Shown here piece by piece: positions 37,730-49,362 of a DNA stretch of 64,000 nt. Below the pieces are notes generated by a model, which saw only the letters and a program-made list of their open reading frames with translations, was not told the DNA's origin and ran no database searches. The stretch is from Fistulifera solaris (lineage: Eukaryota): contig AP026127.1 in assembly GCA_030295235.1 (NCBI GenBank), positions 1,240,001-1,304,000 on the forward strand, given 5' to 3'. Both the position numbers and the translations under genes were made by a program. Numbering within the stretch: the first letter of the stretch is position 1; every line of letters begins with the position of its first letter.

Positions 37730-39304
37730 TCATTTCGGAGCTTCGGCCTTCCAAATCGTTTTCCTTCGGAGATGGATGCGCTGGAGGCGCATTAGAAGGA
37801 AAAAGTCAGGGCTATCAACCAAGGAGCAGAGGACATCCACATTTTCCTTCAACAGAATACCAGTTTTGGTGACGCTGCCGTTCGCCCACTTCGTGAAAGC
37901 TGTTCCAAGAACGGCAGGGCGGTCATGGTCGGGCGCGTGAGTCAAGGCTCGGGCACGATTTTGGAGACGTACTGGCTCGACGATGGCCTTCGCTTTGCGA
38001 TAAAGCCCTTTCTTCCCACCGACAAACTTGAGAACAACATCCACGTGAATGTGCTCGCGCATGAACGAAGCTAAAGTAGCCAAATGATCCAGATCCGATT
38101 GGCTTGGGACCTTTTGACCATGAACCCGGAAAATCACAGTACGGAGACTGCTCTGAGATCCAATTACCGTCAGCAGTTTTTCCCAGAATGCAAAGAGAAC
38201 ATCCAAGCACCCAAGTTCTAGCTGATACAGGTTTTGATTCGCCTCGATTGCTTTAAGCAGTTCCTGTTGTTGTGGCGCTGAGGGCGGATCATCGCTGCTA
38301 TAGAGCATTCCCAGTTCTCGCACGTTTCCGCTGCCCTGCAAAAAGTGGGTATGAAATCGGACTGGCAATTGGCGATGAAACGTCAGGAAGGTTCGGGAAA
38401 AAGTGTACACTCACGTAGGCCCCCGTAGAAAAATGTACCAAGCAGAGGTGCGTTCCCGCGTCTCCCAGCATCACTGCTTGGGGAACAACAGTAAAGGGTT
38501 TAATCTGATTCGACAAGTAGCCACAGCCGAAAATGTCGTACTGGACCCGCCGTGCCGGTGAAGTTAGCGGAAGAACCAAATGTGGGTTTTTCAAAGTAAT
38601 GCTTTTCATGACCAGTTCAATCTGGGAAACTGTACTCATTAGCTCAGAAATCATTGGAAAAGAGGAACTAACACGAAGTGTACCGAAGTGGGTCGTTCGC
38701 TCTGAAAGGGCTTTCACAAACGCTTTTCCTTTATCTTCAAATTGGCATGATATATTCAGATCCATGGGGCGATGGTGCGACACCAAGGCAATCGATTCTT
38801 TTGGGGAAAGAGAACAAGATTCGTTCAGCTTGAGTTGTCGATGTCGATTCATCTCGGTGAACGTTTCCATGAATTCGGGCGTAAGGAAACTTGTCGGGAC
38901 GAAAGGATCATTCGAACTTTTACGATCAGTCCCAAGTTGAACCACTTTACCACCTCGGTCCTGCAAGCACAAAATTGTGCAATACAATCCGCGACGACGC
39001 TGTCTGATTTCCCATAAACGAACAAAACCTTGATACCTCCAAAGGAGACTCTAACGGTTGCCGTTTGAAACGTTGCATTGCTAGGAACGGACTCGGGTAG
39101 CTTGTTGAGCAGAATGAAGCTCTCCTCGTTCATCCAAATGAGAGTACTGTTTTTCATATCCTTAAAAAGACCTTCAGCACTTCTTGGAAGGCAGCGTTTG
39201 CGATAAAACTGTATCGTGCTCCATTTAGTCGCGCGAATGTGCGACATGAGCAACGTCTTCTCGTCATCGAAATCCTTGAGAGGAATCTTTTCAAACCAAA
39301 CCAT
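37730..39304 (-). CDS. RNI-like/LRR-like hypothetical protein interrupted by a 79-bp element; additional 1-nt indel near 38972
   Basis: Similar to 50995-52706 (FEDKGKAFVKALSERTTHFGTL vs FTDEGTAFINALANRKSSFGSL). The frame is continuous (VML-TFHRQ) when the insertion is removed. Confidence 0.7.
38387..38465 (-). mobile_element. 79-bp non-autonomous element, copy 2, inserted in a coding exon
   Basis: CAG direct repeats at 38384-38386 and 38466-38468; removing the element plus one repeat rejoins two ORFs in frame. Confidence 0.9.
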
Positions 39305-39791
39305 TGTGTCTTTAGTTTAGTAGAAGTTTGTTCGTTGATTTGTAAGGAGCAGCAACTGCACCGAATGGTTATATCGTCCACGGTTTGGTGAATAATAAGG
39401 AGCGTTGATCAATGACGAATTCCTTCAAGTGTGATCATTTTTTCGTTTTCTTCTCGAGAGCGCGAAAGAAAGTAGAGTGTGCTCTGTGCTCGTGAAGTTG
39501 GTACCGGTGTGAGTTTTCCTTGAAACGTAAACGTATAAACGTAAAACACCCGAACCACCTTTGCTAAATAAATAAAAATAAAAATTGAGAGTTAAGCGTG
39601 CTTATTTCCTATCCCTATGACCTATGACAGAACCGTGACACAATCCGTCCCTAGACTATGTCTAGAACGCAGATTGCCAAGACATCGCCGAGGCAATGAA
39701 CAGGGGGGCTGCCATCTGATTCAGAATAAAAGTTGTGGCCAGTATCGATGAAAGATACAAGCAACTGGTACCTTGCTAATCCTTGGCAACC

Positions 39792-40215
39792 GTGAGAACA
39801 TAATAAGCTTTAGATCTATAATTGTAATGAGACTATAATCAGATGCGAAAAAGACAAAAAATTCGCGCTGCAGGCTGCATGTCCAAAGGATTGATTCAGT
39901 CTCATGACTGAAATCCAGTCGTGGACTGGTAGAACCAACTGTTTGTATCATAGTAAAAACATAAAGGTCTGGGCTCGAAGACATTGCCGGCTGAAATCGC
40001 AATTGCGCGAAATTCCAAGGTGAGAGCATAATTACCTTTAGATCTGTCATTGTAATGAGACTATAATCAAATGCGAAAAAGACAAAAAAATTCGCGCTGC
40101 AGGCTGCATGTACAAAAGGATTGATTCAGTCTCATGACTGAAATCCAGTCGTGGATTGGTAGAACTAACTTTTTGTATGATAGTAGAAACATGAATAAAG
40201 GTCGCAGGGCTCGAA
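39792..40215. repeat. Tandem dimer of a ~229-bp unit carrying the CATGACT-N7-AGTCGTG dyad
   Basis: Units start at ~39792 and ~40020 and are highly similar. Confidence 0.9.
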
Positions 40216-40736
40216 GTGTAAATGTAGTATACAGTCATACAGTACTCGATCCAAATAATATTACGACTTCGCATTTAACCGTCTCGTGCTGCGAGAAGAT
40301 GCTTTGACATGAGATTTTTGCTTTCTACGTTCAACCCAGTTTACGAAACTATATCATTATAATACCCAGTTGTCTACGATTTGTGAAGATCGCAGTTTCA
40401 AATGTACGCACTACTGTTCATGGAAGAGCAATAAAATTACATCCTCATTGCGCTCTAGGACTCGTGACTAACTATCCATAGTTGGCCTCCGACTTCAGAT
40501 ACGGAAAGGGCTTTTAATCTGTTCCTTTGCGATTGTGATTCTTTTCCCTAAACCAGACAGATGTTGATTTGTCAACACTAACAGGTACGCAGTAACTCGG
40601 TAGCGGGGAAGAAGGACCGTTGTAACTTGTGACAAACATCTCTAGCTGTTTATCACGGACTACAACAAGAACTAAGTCGGGTCAAAGGATTACAACTTCG
40701 TGTTCGAATGACGTATCTTTTCGTTTATTCATTAAT

Positions 40737-41252
40737 TTACTCCGTAGCGGTCAGAATATCCGAGTCACCACCATCCATAATGGCCAATACAGAGCAGTTG
40801 AAGAATTTACCGCAGGCAGTTCCCAACGCTGTATTGTCTCCCGCATAATGATGCACTTGTGTCTTGGCCAACATGGCCAAATATTCAACTTCAGATTTTC
40901 GCAAATGTGGGCAGTTGGAGGCGATCAAGATCATTTTCGCCTTTTGCTTTCGTAGCGCCTTGACGGCTTCCTTGTATCCGAGGATGGCCTTTCCGGACTT
41001 CATAACCAGCTTCAGACGACTGTTCATGGAGTCGGCTGACTTTTTCTATTGTTACAAGAGACAAGAATGTTAATAGATGAGTATGATTCCGTTACAGAAA
41101 AAAACGATATCGTTTCGATCCGCCTCGGGGTGGTTGTTTGTAGAATGGCGTTCGAAAGAAGTACCAAAACATGACAACCATCTCGGGCGGGCGAATGCAA
41201 AAAGAAACAGCCCCCTCCGATGTCATGTACCTACCGCTTTCTTAGAAACCAT
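40737..41252 (-). CDS. RPL30: 60S ribosomal protein L30 (eL30); intron 41046-41234
   Basis: [25 protein letters not shown]...[15 protein letters not shown]...LGTACGK...DGGDSDI. Confidence 0.97.
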
Positions 41253-41686
41253 TGTGAAAATAGTGTGTATGTGAGTGGTATTAATAGAAGTAGTTGATGT
41301 AAGCTGAAGAGCAGGATGCAATTGAGGCAAACTTCGTCGTTTCCTCCGCGGACGCGGTCGGTTGGCCGCTTTCGATTTTAGTAGCAAGGTAAGGAGTAAG
41401 GATGCTTCGCGACTAAGTAAGTCCCTCAGTACACAATAAGTCCTAGTCGCATCATGCCTACACAAAAGTACTGTACCATGTACCTGTCGGACATTGAACT
41501 GTCTAATGTTCAGTGTGGACCATACGTGACAGTGACAGGCGTCACTTGCTACGGTAAGAATTCGATCACGAGACGCAACGCAGCGCGCTTTGTTGCATTG
41601 CAAGATTCCTTAGGGTCTAGAAAAGAAACATTTCATTTCTCTCTCTTCATACGTTCTTTGTGTTGAGACGATCAGTAGAATCAAAA

Positions 41687-44407
41687 ATGGCGAACAATAT
41701 GGAATCCCTTCTTATGGGAGGAAGTGACGACGATTCGGATTCCGACGTCGATGTTAAAGAAGGATCGACCGTCGCTGATGCTGTTCGTGTGCAAGCGGCT
41801 CCTCCGCCCGTTGCTGTCCCTCCTCCGGTTCCTGCTCCTGTGAATCTTGCAAATAGACCGAAAACTGCATCTGGAGGGTCGCAGAGTGGGGTTCCGAATC
41901 CTAATAGTAATTACGGAAGCGGACAGCCACCGAGTGGCGGCCCTTCGTCTGATTTGTCAATGCGATTAAAGAGTTTGTATAGCCCTGCCGCTAAACCGGT
42001 GCAAGCGGCACGACCAGGGCAACCTCTCGGTCAACAAATGCCTCCTGCTTCGGTTCCGCAGCCACCGCAGCTACAACAACAGCAGCGAATGCCTGCCGCT
42101 GTCCCCATGCAGCCGAAGCCTATGCAGCCTATGCAACATCAAGTTATCCCTCTTCCTATGCAACAACAGCATCAGCAACAATCTGCTCCAAGGGTACCGA
42201 ATCAGATGCATACATCTCGACCACAAAATGATCCTTTTGCGCCTACACCAGTTGCCGAAATCATGCAGAAAGCACAGAACTACAATACACAGCATCACTT
42301 GGGGCCCGTGCCCAGTCCGCACTCGACGGCCACGTCTCGATCGCTCTCGTCCGTTCCTCCGCAACAACAGCCACAACAACGACAACAGCAACCTTCCGTG
42401 TCATCGGTTGCAGGAGGCACCGCCAGCTCATACAATGCTCAAAAGGAAATGGAATTGAAAAAGCAAAAGCAGCGATTCGTCCTTTTCACGCAGAATCTAA
42501 TCAAGATTCTGAAAGTACAAGACCCTGGTCTTCATGAACGTGTCGGGGCCGTCATTAAGGACTGTACTGCTCGTAATAAGAGGCAAGAACCTGGCTACGA
42601 AAGTGTCACCGTTAGTATGCAACGACGACTTCGGGAAATTGTAAACGACAACTATTGGAAGCAAGCGCAGAATGCGACTATTGCTAGCTTTGCTAAGGCG
42701 AAGGAGAAACAACAGCAGCAGCAACAACAACAACAACAACAGCAAACGCAGCAACAACCACAACAGATACCCCCGCCAGCTCGAACTGCAGTAGCTGGCT
42801 CTGTAGCCCCGACTGGTGCAAATCAACAAATGAACGCGGGGGTTCCTCAGCAGGGTGCAAGAAGTATCGCCCAAATGACTCCGGAGGAGCAAGCGGCCCA
42901 TGAAAGGCGCCAGAAAGAGACATTCCAGATTTTCTTGAAAATCCTTGTTAAAGTTCTGAAAGATAAGGATCCGCCGATGTTCAATCGCGTCAACACCATT
43001 ATGAGAGAGTGTGCAGAGCGCAACAAGCGCCACGAACCGGGATACGAGAGTGTGACGGCCAGTGTCAAGGCGCGACTGAAGGCAGTTGTGAGTAACGCCT
43101 ACATTGAAGAAGCCAAACGACTTACTGCAAAGTATCAGGCACAGCAGCGAAACCAGCAACAACAAGCACAAGCAGTTTCGACACAAGTGGCACAAGCGCA
43201 GCCGCCACAACGGCCCGGCGTGGCTCCAGCGACAAAGGCCCAGCCAACGTCTCAGCAACCGGCAGCGAACCAGACTGCAAAAGCCAAACGCCCTAGTTTA
43301 TCCGCGGCTGGTACTTCAACGAAAGCGACAGCTGCTGCGGCCAAGGCAGCGGCGGGCTCGGTGGGAAAGGCCGCCGGTAAGGCGGCAACCAAACGTCCAA
43401 AGTCGACAACCCCAGCTCGGAAACCTAGTATCACCGGCGCTTCATCCGATAAAGCGAAAGTTACGGGCGCCAGTCCTACGAATGCCAGTCTTGTTGAGCA
43501 ACAAGCCGCTACTGTCGTTCGTGAATATAGCGAATTCATGGAAATGATCCATCACGCAGTCAATTTTGATTGGACGACAGCAGGTCTGGCACTAGGGACG
43601 GACTCTTTGGCAGAATTGCCGCAAGAGCAGCAAAGTTTGTTGATTGATGCAAAACCGATCCAGCCTCCTTTAGCGTCCGTCTTTCCGTGTCCGGGGTGGG
43701 GGGACCGCAATATTGTATCCGTGAGAAATGCATGGGCACGAGTTCACTATTACGAAGATACGAAGTTGAGAAGCTTTGATCGTTTGGCTACCACTCGAAC
43801 CGAGGTAGCTCCTTCTACTGAATGGAAGAGCGAGGAGCATGCTGAACTAAATGAACCTGTTTTGGCTGCTTTATCAGAAGGAGTGCAACAGTACTTGACG
43901 ACTGTGCTGGAAAAGGCGGTTTTATGTGCTCGTCAACGTCACAATGTTGACGGTATAAGGTTATGGCATCAGCAAGTGACTGCAGCAGATGAAAAGGAAG
44001 CCAATCCGTTGTCGCTACGACTAGGATGCGATGTCTCTCGTCAATGGGCTCAGGAGCAGGGAAATGCAGCCATGACAGTGAAGCGCATGGAAGAGGCGCT
44101 TGAAAGGCAAAGCGGCATTCCTGGCTATGAACGTGAGCTGACAACCGAGACTATGTTACACAGCACCAGCATGACAGAGTTGAGTTTGAGACCAGCTCTT
44201 TCGTCCAAGGCAATCGATATGGCAGATTATCACGCCAAACGAAGCTTTGAGATTTATGGTGGAAAGGACGCTGGCGAGCCCCCCTTGGGCCGTGTTCCTA
44301 AGCGAGCGAAGATCGAAGTCAATGATTTTCTTGTCGCCCAACATTTGGGGACACCGCGTCGCTGTCACCGGGCCGCAATGGTTTCTTTTGCTACAGCATT
44401 TTTCTAG
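41687..44407 (+). CDS. Q/P-rich nuclear protein with a duplicated helical domain and a C-terminal TAF4-like histone-fold segment
   Basis: Two copies of F..L.K.L...DP....RV......C..RNKR.EPGYESVT; LAALSEGVQQYLTTVLEKAVLCARQR. Confidence 0.65.
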   Translation: MANNMESLLMGGSDDDSDSDVDVKEGSTVADAVRVQAAPPPVAVPPPVPAPVNLANRPKTASGGSQSGVPNPNSNYGSGQPPSGGPSSDLSMRLKSLYSPAAKPVQAARPGQPLGQQMPPASVPQPPQLQQQQRMPAAVPMQPKPMQPMQHQVIPLPMQQQHQQQSAPRVPNQMHTSRPQNDPFAPTPVAEIMQKAQNYNTQHHLGPVPSPHSTATSRSLSSVPPQQQPQQRQQQPSVSSVAGGTASSYNAQKEMELKKQKQRFVLFTQNLIKILKVQDPGLHERVGAVIKDCTARNKRQEPGYESVTVSMQRRLREIVNDNYWKQAQNATIASFAKAKEKQQQQQQQQQQQQTQQQPQQIPPPARTAVAGSVAPTGANQQMNAGVPQQGARSIAQMTPEEQAAHERRQKETFQIFLKILVKVLKDKDPPMFNRVNTIMRECAERNKRHEPGYESVTASVKARLKAVVSNAYIEEAKRLTAKYQAQQRNQQQQAQAVSTQVAQAQPPQRPGVAPATKAQPTSQQPAANQTAKAKRPSLSAAGTSTKATAAAAKAAAGSVGKAAGKAATKRPKSTTPARKPSITGASSDKAKVTGASPTNASLVEQQAATVVREYSEFMEMIHHAVNFDWTTAGLALGTDSLAELPQEQQSLLIDAKPIQPPLASVFPCPGWGDRNIVSVRNAWARVHYYEDTKLRSFDRLATTRTEVAPSTEWKSEEHAELNEPVLAALSEGVQQYLTTVLEKAVLCARQRHNVDGIRLWHQQVTAADEKEANPLSLRLGCDVSRQWAQEQGNAAMTVKRMEEALERQSGIPGYERELTTETMLHSTSMTELSLRPALSSKAIDMADYHAKRSFEIYGGKDAGEPPLGRVPKRAKIEVNDFLVAQHLGTPRRCHRAAMVSFATAFF

Positions 44408-45110
44408 GCCACACGTCGCCACCCTAGCAGGAACACCCATTAGTCTGTAATGTACTTTGACGAAGAAGTTACATTGGTAATTCACGTCAGCTATGGTATG
44501 ATACATATTTTTAACAGCCTAGTCAAAAGATATTCTTTTGTTATCTTCGGTCTTAACATACTACGTAGTGTGAAGTACGAGCTTGCTAGCGAAAACTTGT
44601 TTGCCGGACACCCTAAAGACTATGCAAATGACGTCGATACTTTTGATGTATGACAGAGACTTGTTCCAGCGTGTTACTCTTGATTGTTCTTCTTTTTCTT
44701 ACCAGTATTGAAGAAAGTTTGCTTTGTTAAGAGCCCGCGAACCATGAAGCCACTCCAAAGATCCTTATTTAGTCGCACGATCCGCTTGCATCCTCCTCGA
44801 AGTTTTCGAAAGGACGCAAGGCTACTTATCTTGCTATACATCTTTGTCCCGCCACTGCAATCACCTAAGCATAATACGTGATATATTGTCTACTATGGTA
44901 TATTATGTGACCCACGACACTCGTTAATTACGTCACAAGTCGCATCGTTTCAGCTTTCACCTTTTTTTTTCAAAGCGTTTGGAAGAACAAAAAGCGATGT
45001 TGGCTCTCGTTTCCATTTTTGACCTTGTCTGATGTTGTTTATTCTAATCGCTTTCTTTGTAATATACTCCGTGTTACCTACTCAAGTGAGATTAAGAAGC
45101 ATTGAACGTG

Positions 45111-46538
45111 ATGGATTCCCGTCTCTCGTCGATTGTGAAGACGATCTTAAAGCGTCAGGATGCTGGCGAAGAATCCCCGATGCAAGAGGAGTCGATCTTT
45201 GAGACTCCACCACCTGTTCCTCCGTCGTACTATCCACCACCTCCTGATCGATACATGGGAGGCATGAGTGGAAAGCCTTTTGATCCGCGACGCCATACTC
45301 CGGTTGCTCGTTCTCCTTCAGAGGGTACTCCAGACGGTGAGAAGCTCGCAGGCGACATCAAGCAACAAGAACAGCGAGAGCTGGATTCTTCTCTTTGGGG
45401 CACCTTGATGAAGAAAATGGTATGGTGGAGCCTTCAGGCGATGTTCACTCTAAAAACAATTTGACATTGCCGTTCGGATATTCGCCTGGATTCTCCCCGG
45501 GAAGCAAACCACCAGCGGCAGACACTTCTCCTCAATCTTCGTTGGATACGCAACCTTTTGAAAGAAGCAAGTTTCACACGAGTCCTGCTACCATGGAAAT
45601 CGAATTTGTTGCTTGTACTCAGTCTCATGCGGAGATCGTCGGTCTTTTTCCAGACAACGCGTCATCCGTTGCTTCTGCTGGAAGTGGTGGCGGTATTGCT
45701 ACGACTGCCACCACTCACGAGGAGACTGGGACGACAGTGAAAGACGGTTTGACATTAGCCGCGAATCAAAGTGAATCCGAGAATCGCGTTCGTCGCCCTG
45801 ATCCTCCAGGTCTTTTAGCTAGGGATGCTGCCATCAGTTGGATCCGTGGAAAACGATATGTGGCAGGAGAACTCGATCAATCTTCGATTCGAGTCAGTTG
45901 TGGTAAGTGCGGTGCGTCAGAGAGTGTAGTTTTGCAAAGACTCTCAGTGTCACTTCCACGTTACAGCAGGGGCGGCGCCAAGTGCGGACAATCAAAGCGT
46001 GTCAGTTGCAGATGATTCCTCGGTCACTGATAATGGCTCTGATGACAAAGAGAATATGCCCCCAAGTGATTCCGACAAGAACGTTTCGACTGTTGACAAT
46101 CACAGTAATGCCGATGATGATTGCCGTGCTCCCATTCCTTTAGATAGCCCCTTGGTAGAGGGTAATTCGGGCTCTATGGAAGAAGTGGAACGATTTCCCA
46201 AGGTCCAACCGTGGATTAATGAACTATTCAGTCCCTTGGATGAAGGAACTACGGAAAATAAATTTGTGGGAAAGCGTGTCATTCTCTCTGAGTACGACAA
46301 CAAATTTTACTTTGGTACAGTTGTGCGCTTCTTTCGCGATTACGAGGTGGACGAAGAGAATTCTCTCTGGCATGTCCTTCATGATGACGGAGATTCAGAA
46401 GACATGGAAGAGCCAGAAATCGAAAAAGCTTTACGTATTTACGAGGAAGGGGGATGGGACAAAAGGATCCTTCAAGTTCTCGCTATGATCCTGTGTTTGA
46501 GTAACGTTCATCTTGTGTGGTTATTGCTACAAAGTTGA
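45111..46538 (+). CDS. Hypothetical protein with C-terminal Tudor-like domain, two apparent 1-nt indels (~45395, ~45931)
   Basis: VGKRV...FYFGTVV...LWHVLHDDGDSEDME; a CxxC...C...CxxH cluster appears after frame correction. Confidence 0.6.
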
Positions 46539-47854
46539 CCTCAAAGCGTTGCTGGCGGAAGTCTTGCTTGATGGCAAAGATACATATGTGAGATGGATTG
46601 TGCTAGAATCTTGCTTTAATGATCCAATCAAAGTTTGTTTGAACCTTTGACCTAAAAGCTCTACTTATTGCATCGAATTAGAGACAACTAATTATAGTAA
46701 TTATACTACAGATGTTTTACGAATGTTTCCGTCGCACAAGCAGTCTACGGGATGCAGGCCCGTTAAGTCAGAATGCAGAAACGTACCAACAACGCCATCA
46801 AAGAGCATTGTCACTCCTCTAAGCTAGTTCAACATCTTTAGTCTCATCAAAATGGTACGAGATCAATATCATTGGTATTCAAAGCGATCTTAACAATGTC
46901 GGGGTCATCCATGAACGATAAGTAGCTCCCCTATGATGGGCCATATCCTGGATCGCCCATTCGGCAAACGCCGCAAGCCGAAACCTTCGCGGCGGTTGCA
47001 AAAGGCGGATCCATCCGAGAACGTTGTGCAGAAAGCTGATGGTGGAGGATCGATTCGAATCTACCATTACGGTACCAGTCATATCGTTTTTGACCCTTCC
47101 CGATTTCGCGACGTAAAAATTGGACTCGATCTACGAGTCAGATTTATTGCCGAGGATTCAGCGCGGAAACTCCTTTGCTTGCAGAAACAGGTTCTGCGCT
47201 TAAGTTGTCACAGAAAGCAACCCAGGCATCGCTCGAGAAGGCGAACGTATGGGTCGATCGAATGCGCAAGCCACACCCAATCTTATTGTCACTCGACACT
47301 AGCACCTTGCGAAAGAAGCCACTGTAGAATAAATTGTTATCATGCCAGTGCATCCAATAGCTCACCGACCGAGCAACACACAAGAAGGCTTTAAGGGCTG
47401 AGTGACACGGAGCAAGAAAAAAGTCTTTCTGGGCACCGACAGAAAAAGAAGTTGCTTGATGAATCCAATGAAATGATTTTTTTCTTCCTTTCTTACGATC
47501 GATCGAACCTGCTGGAACACACGATGCCAAATGAAGAAAGAAGTCGATGTATTAAAACCGAAAATGGAATGAACTAGAGAGGAGATATACACGGTAGGAA
47601 TGTTGTACTGCCCAATTATTTTGTGTGGAGGGTGGAGGATGAATTGTAGCCGATCGAGAACATTCAAGTCGATCACTTGTCGTCGTAAAATATCCGCCCT
47701 CAATTATTACATTGCGTAGTGAGATAGCAATGGTACTGCATTTGAAACTTGAAACAAATAGACCCACGCAAAACAATGTTGTGTTGACGATCGATGTTTT
47801 CAATAATGGTTTCAATGCGTCGAGAAAATGGCAGAAGCAGACAGAAAAACTGTG

Positions 47855-48545
47855 ACAGATCCTGAAAAACTGAAATAGGTGGTGTATGGATCAGACAAAG
47901 ATTCTGTTCTTCCAGAAATAATAAAAAAAAGATTTAATTCGTACAAGTAGTTGGTGCGTCGAACAGAAAATCTGTGACGGATTCTAGAAATCCTGGAATT
48001 GTCACAAGGCATTTTAAATCAGACAGAGATTCTGATGAATTTCCAGAAATTCTGAATTAGGTGTTCATCTTCATACGGAAATTCTGTCTGAATTCCAGAA
48101 AGTCTGAAATAGACGGCTTGGGTCAGACAGAGACTCTGAGGTTGTTGCAGATTTCTGGACTAGGTGCTTTGCGTCGAACTGTTACGATTCCGGAAAATCC
48201 GAAATTGTCACAAGGCAGTTTGGATCAGACAGAAATTCAGATGTAGTTCCAGAAATTCTGGATTGCTTTTCCATGTTCATACGGAAATTCTGTCTAAATT
48301 CCAAAAAAATCTGGAATAGGCGGTAAGGGGTCAGACAGAGATTCTGAGATTGTTCCAGATACTTTGGAAATTGCAGTCTAATCTAGTTGGTGCGTCCAAC
48401 AAAAGTTTGGGACGATTCCAGAAAATCTGGAATTGTCACAAGACAGTTTGAATCAAACAGAAATTCTGATTCAGTTCCGGAAATTATGGATTCGTGTTCA
48501 TGTTCATTTAAGCTTACGGGAATTCTGTCTTCATTCCAGAAAAGT
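47855..48545. repeat. Diverged satellite array of the same ~52-bp monomer family as 10165-11290
   Basis: Recurrent TCAGACAGARATTCTG and TTCCAGAAATTCTG(G); higher-order period ~206-225 bp. Confidence 0.85.
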
Positions 48546-49200
48546 AGTTCAGAATCATCATTGTTGCAACTTTATTTACCCGTAATTACAATCAATACTC
48601 GCAGTTGAATGACAATGGACGGACGCGAGAGACGCAAAACAAAACCCTTTGTTTTTTCGGTTCATGACTACTGTACAATCCAGTCTTGGCTGGCGTAATC
48701 CAACACTCCGTTTCATAGTAAAAACTCAAGCTGTCGGTCCTCGGATTTTTTCGATGTGAAAATAGAAGAAACTCTTAACAAATAGTTCAGAATCATCATT
48801 GTTGCAGCTTTATTTACCGGTAATTATAATTATATTTGCAGTTGAATGACAATGGACGGATGCGAGAGACGCAAAACGGAACCCTTTGTTGTTCGGTTCA
48901 TGACTACTGTACAATCCAGTCTTGGCTGGCGTAAACCAACACTCTGTTTCATAGTGGAAAATCATGGTGTCGATCCTCTGCTTTTCGACGTGAATAGAAG
49001 AAACTCTTAACAAATAGTTCAGAATCATCATTGTTGCAACTTTATTTACCGGTAATTATAATTATATTCGCAGTTGAATGACAATGGACGGATGCGAGAG
49101 ACGCAAAACGGAACCCTTGGTTGTTCGGTTCATGACTCATGACTACTGTACAATCCAGTCTTGGCTGGCGTAAACCGACACTCTGTTTCATAGTGGAAAT
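48545..49200. repeat. Tandem ~235-bp repeat, about 2.8 copies, related to the 39.8-kb dimer
   Basis: Units start TAGTTCAGAATCATC at 48545, 48783 and 49014; contain CATGACT...AATCCAGTCTTGG and CATAGT(A/G)(A/G)AAA. Confidence 0.92.
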
Positions 49201-49362
49201 TCAAGGATTGATTCATGAAAAAGGCGCCAGCTACAATAAGTACCAGTAAAATCTTTTGCGTTGTTGCATCGCAGTCAATAATTATTATTCAACACTCAAC
49301 ACCACAAAAATAGGGGCCCAATTTTTTTTTAAAACAATGTTCGTTTGACCTTGCTTCGAACC

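Noticed and set aside
46933..47815. Several short ORFs
   Set aside because: No motifs or consistent gene structure.
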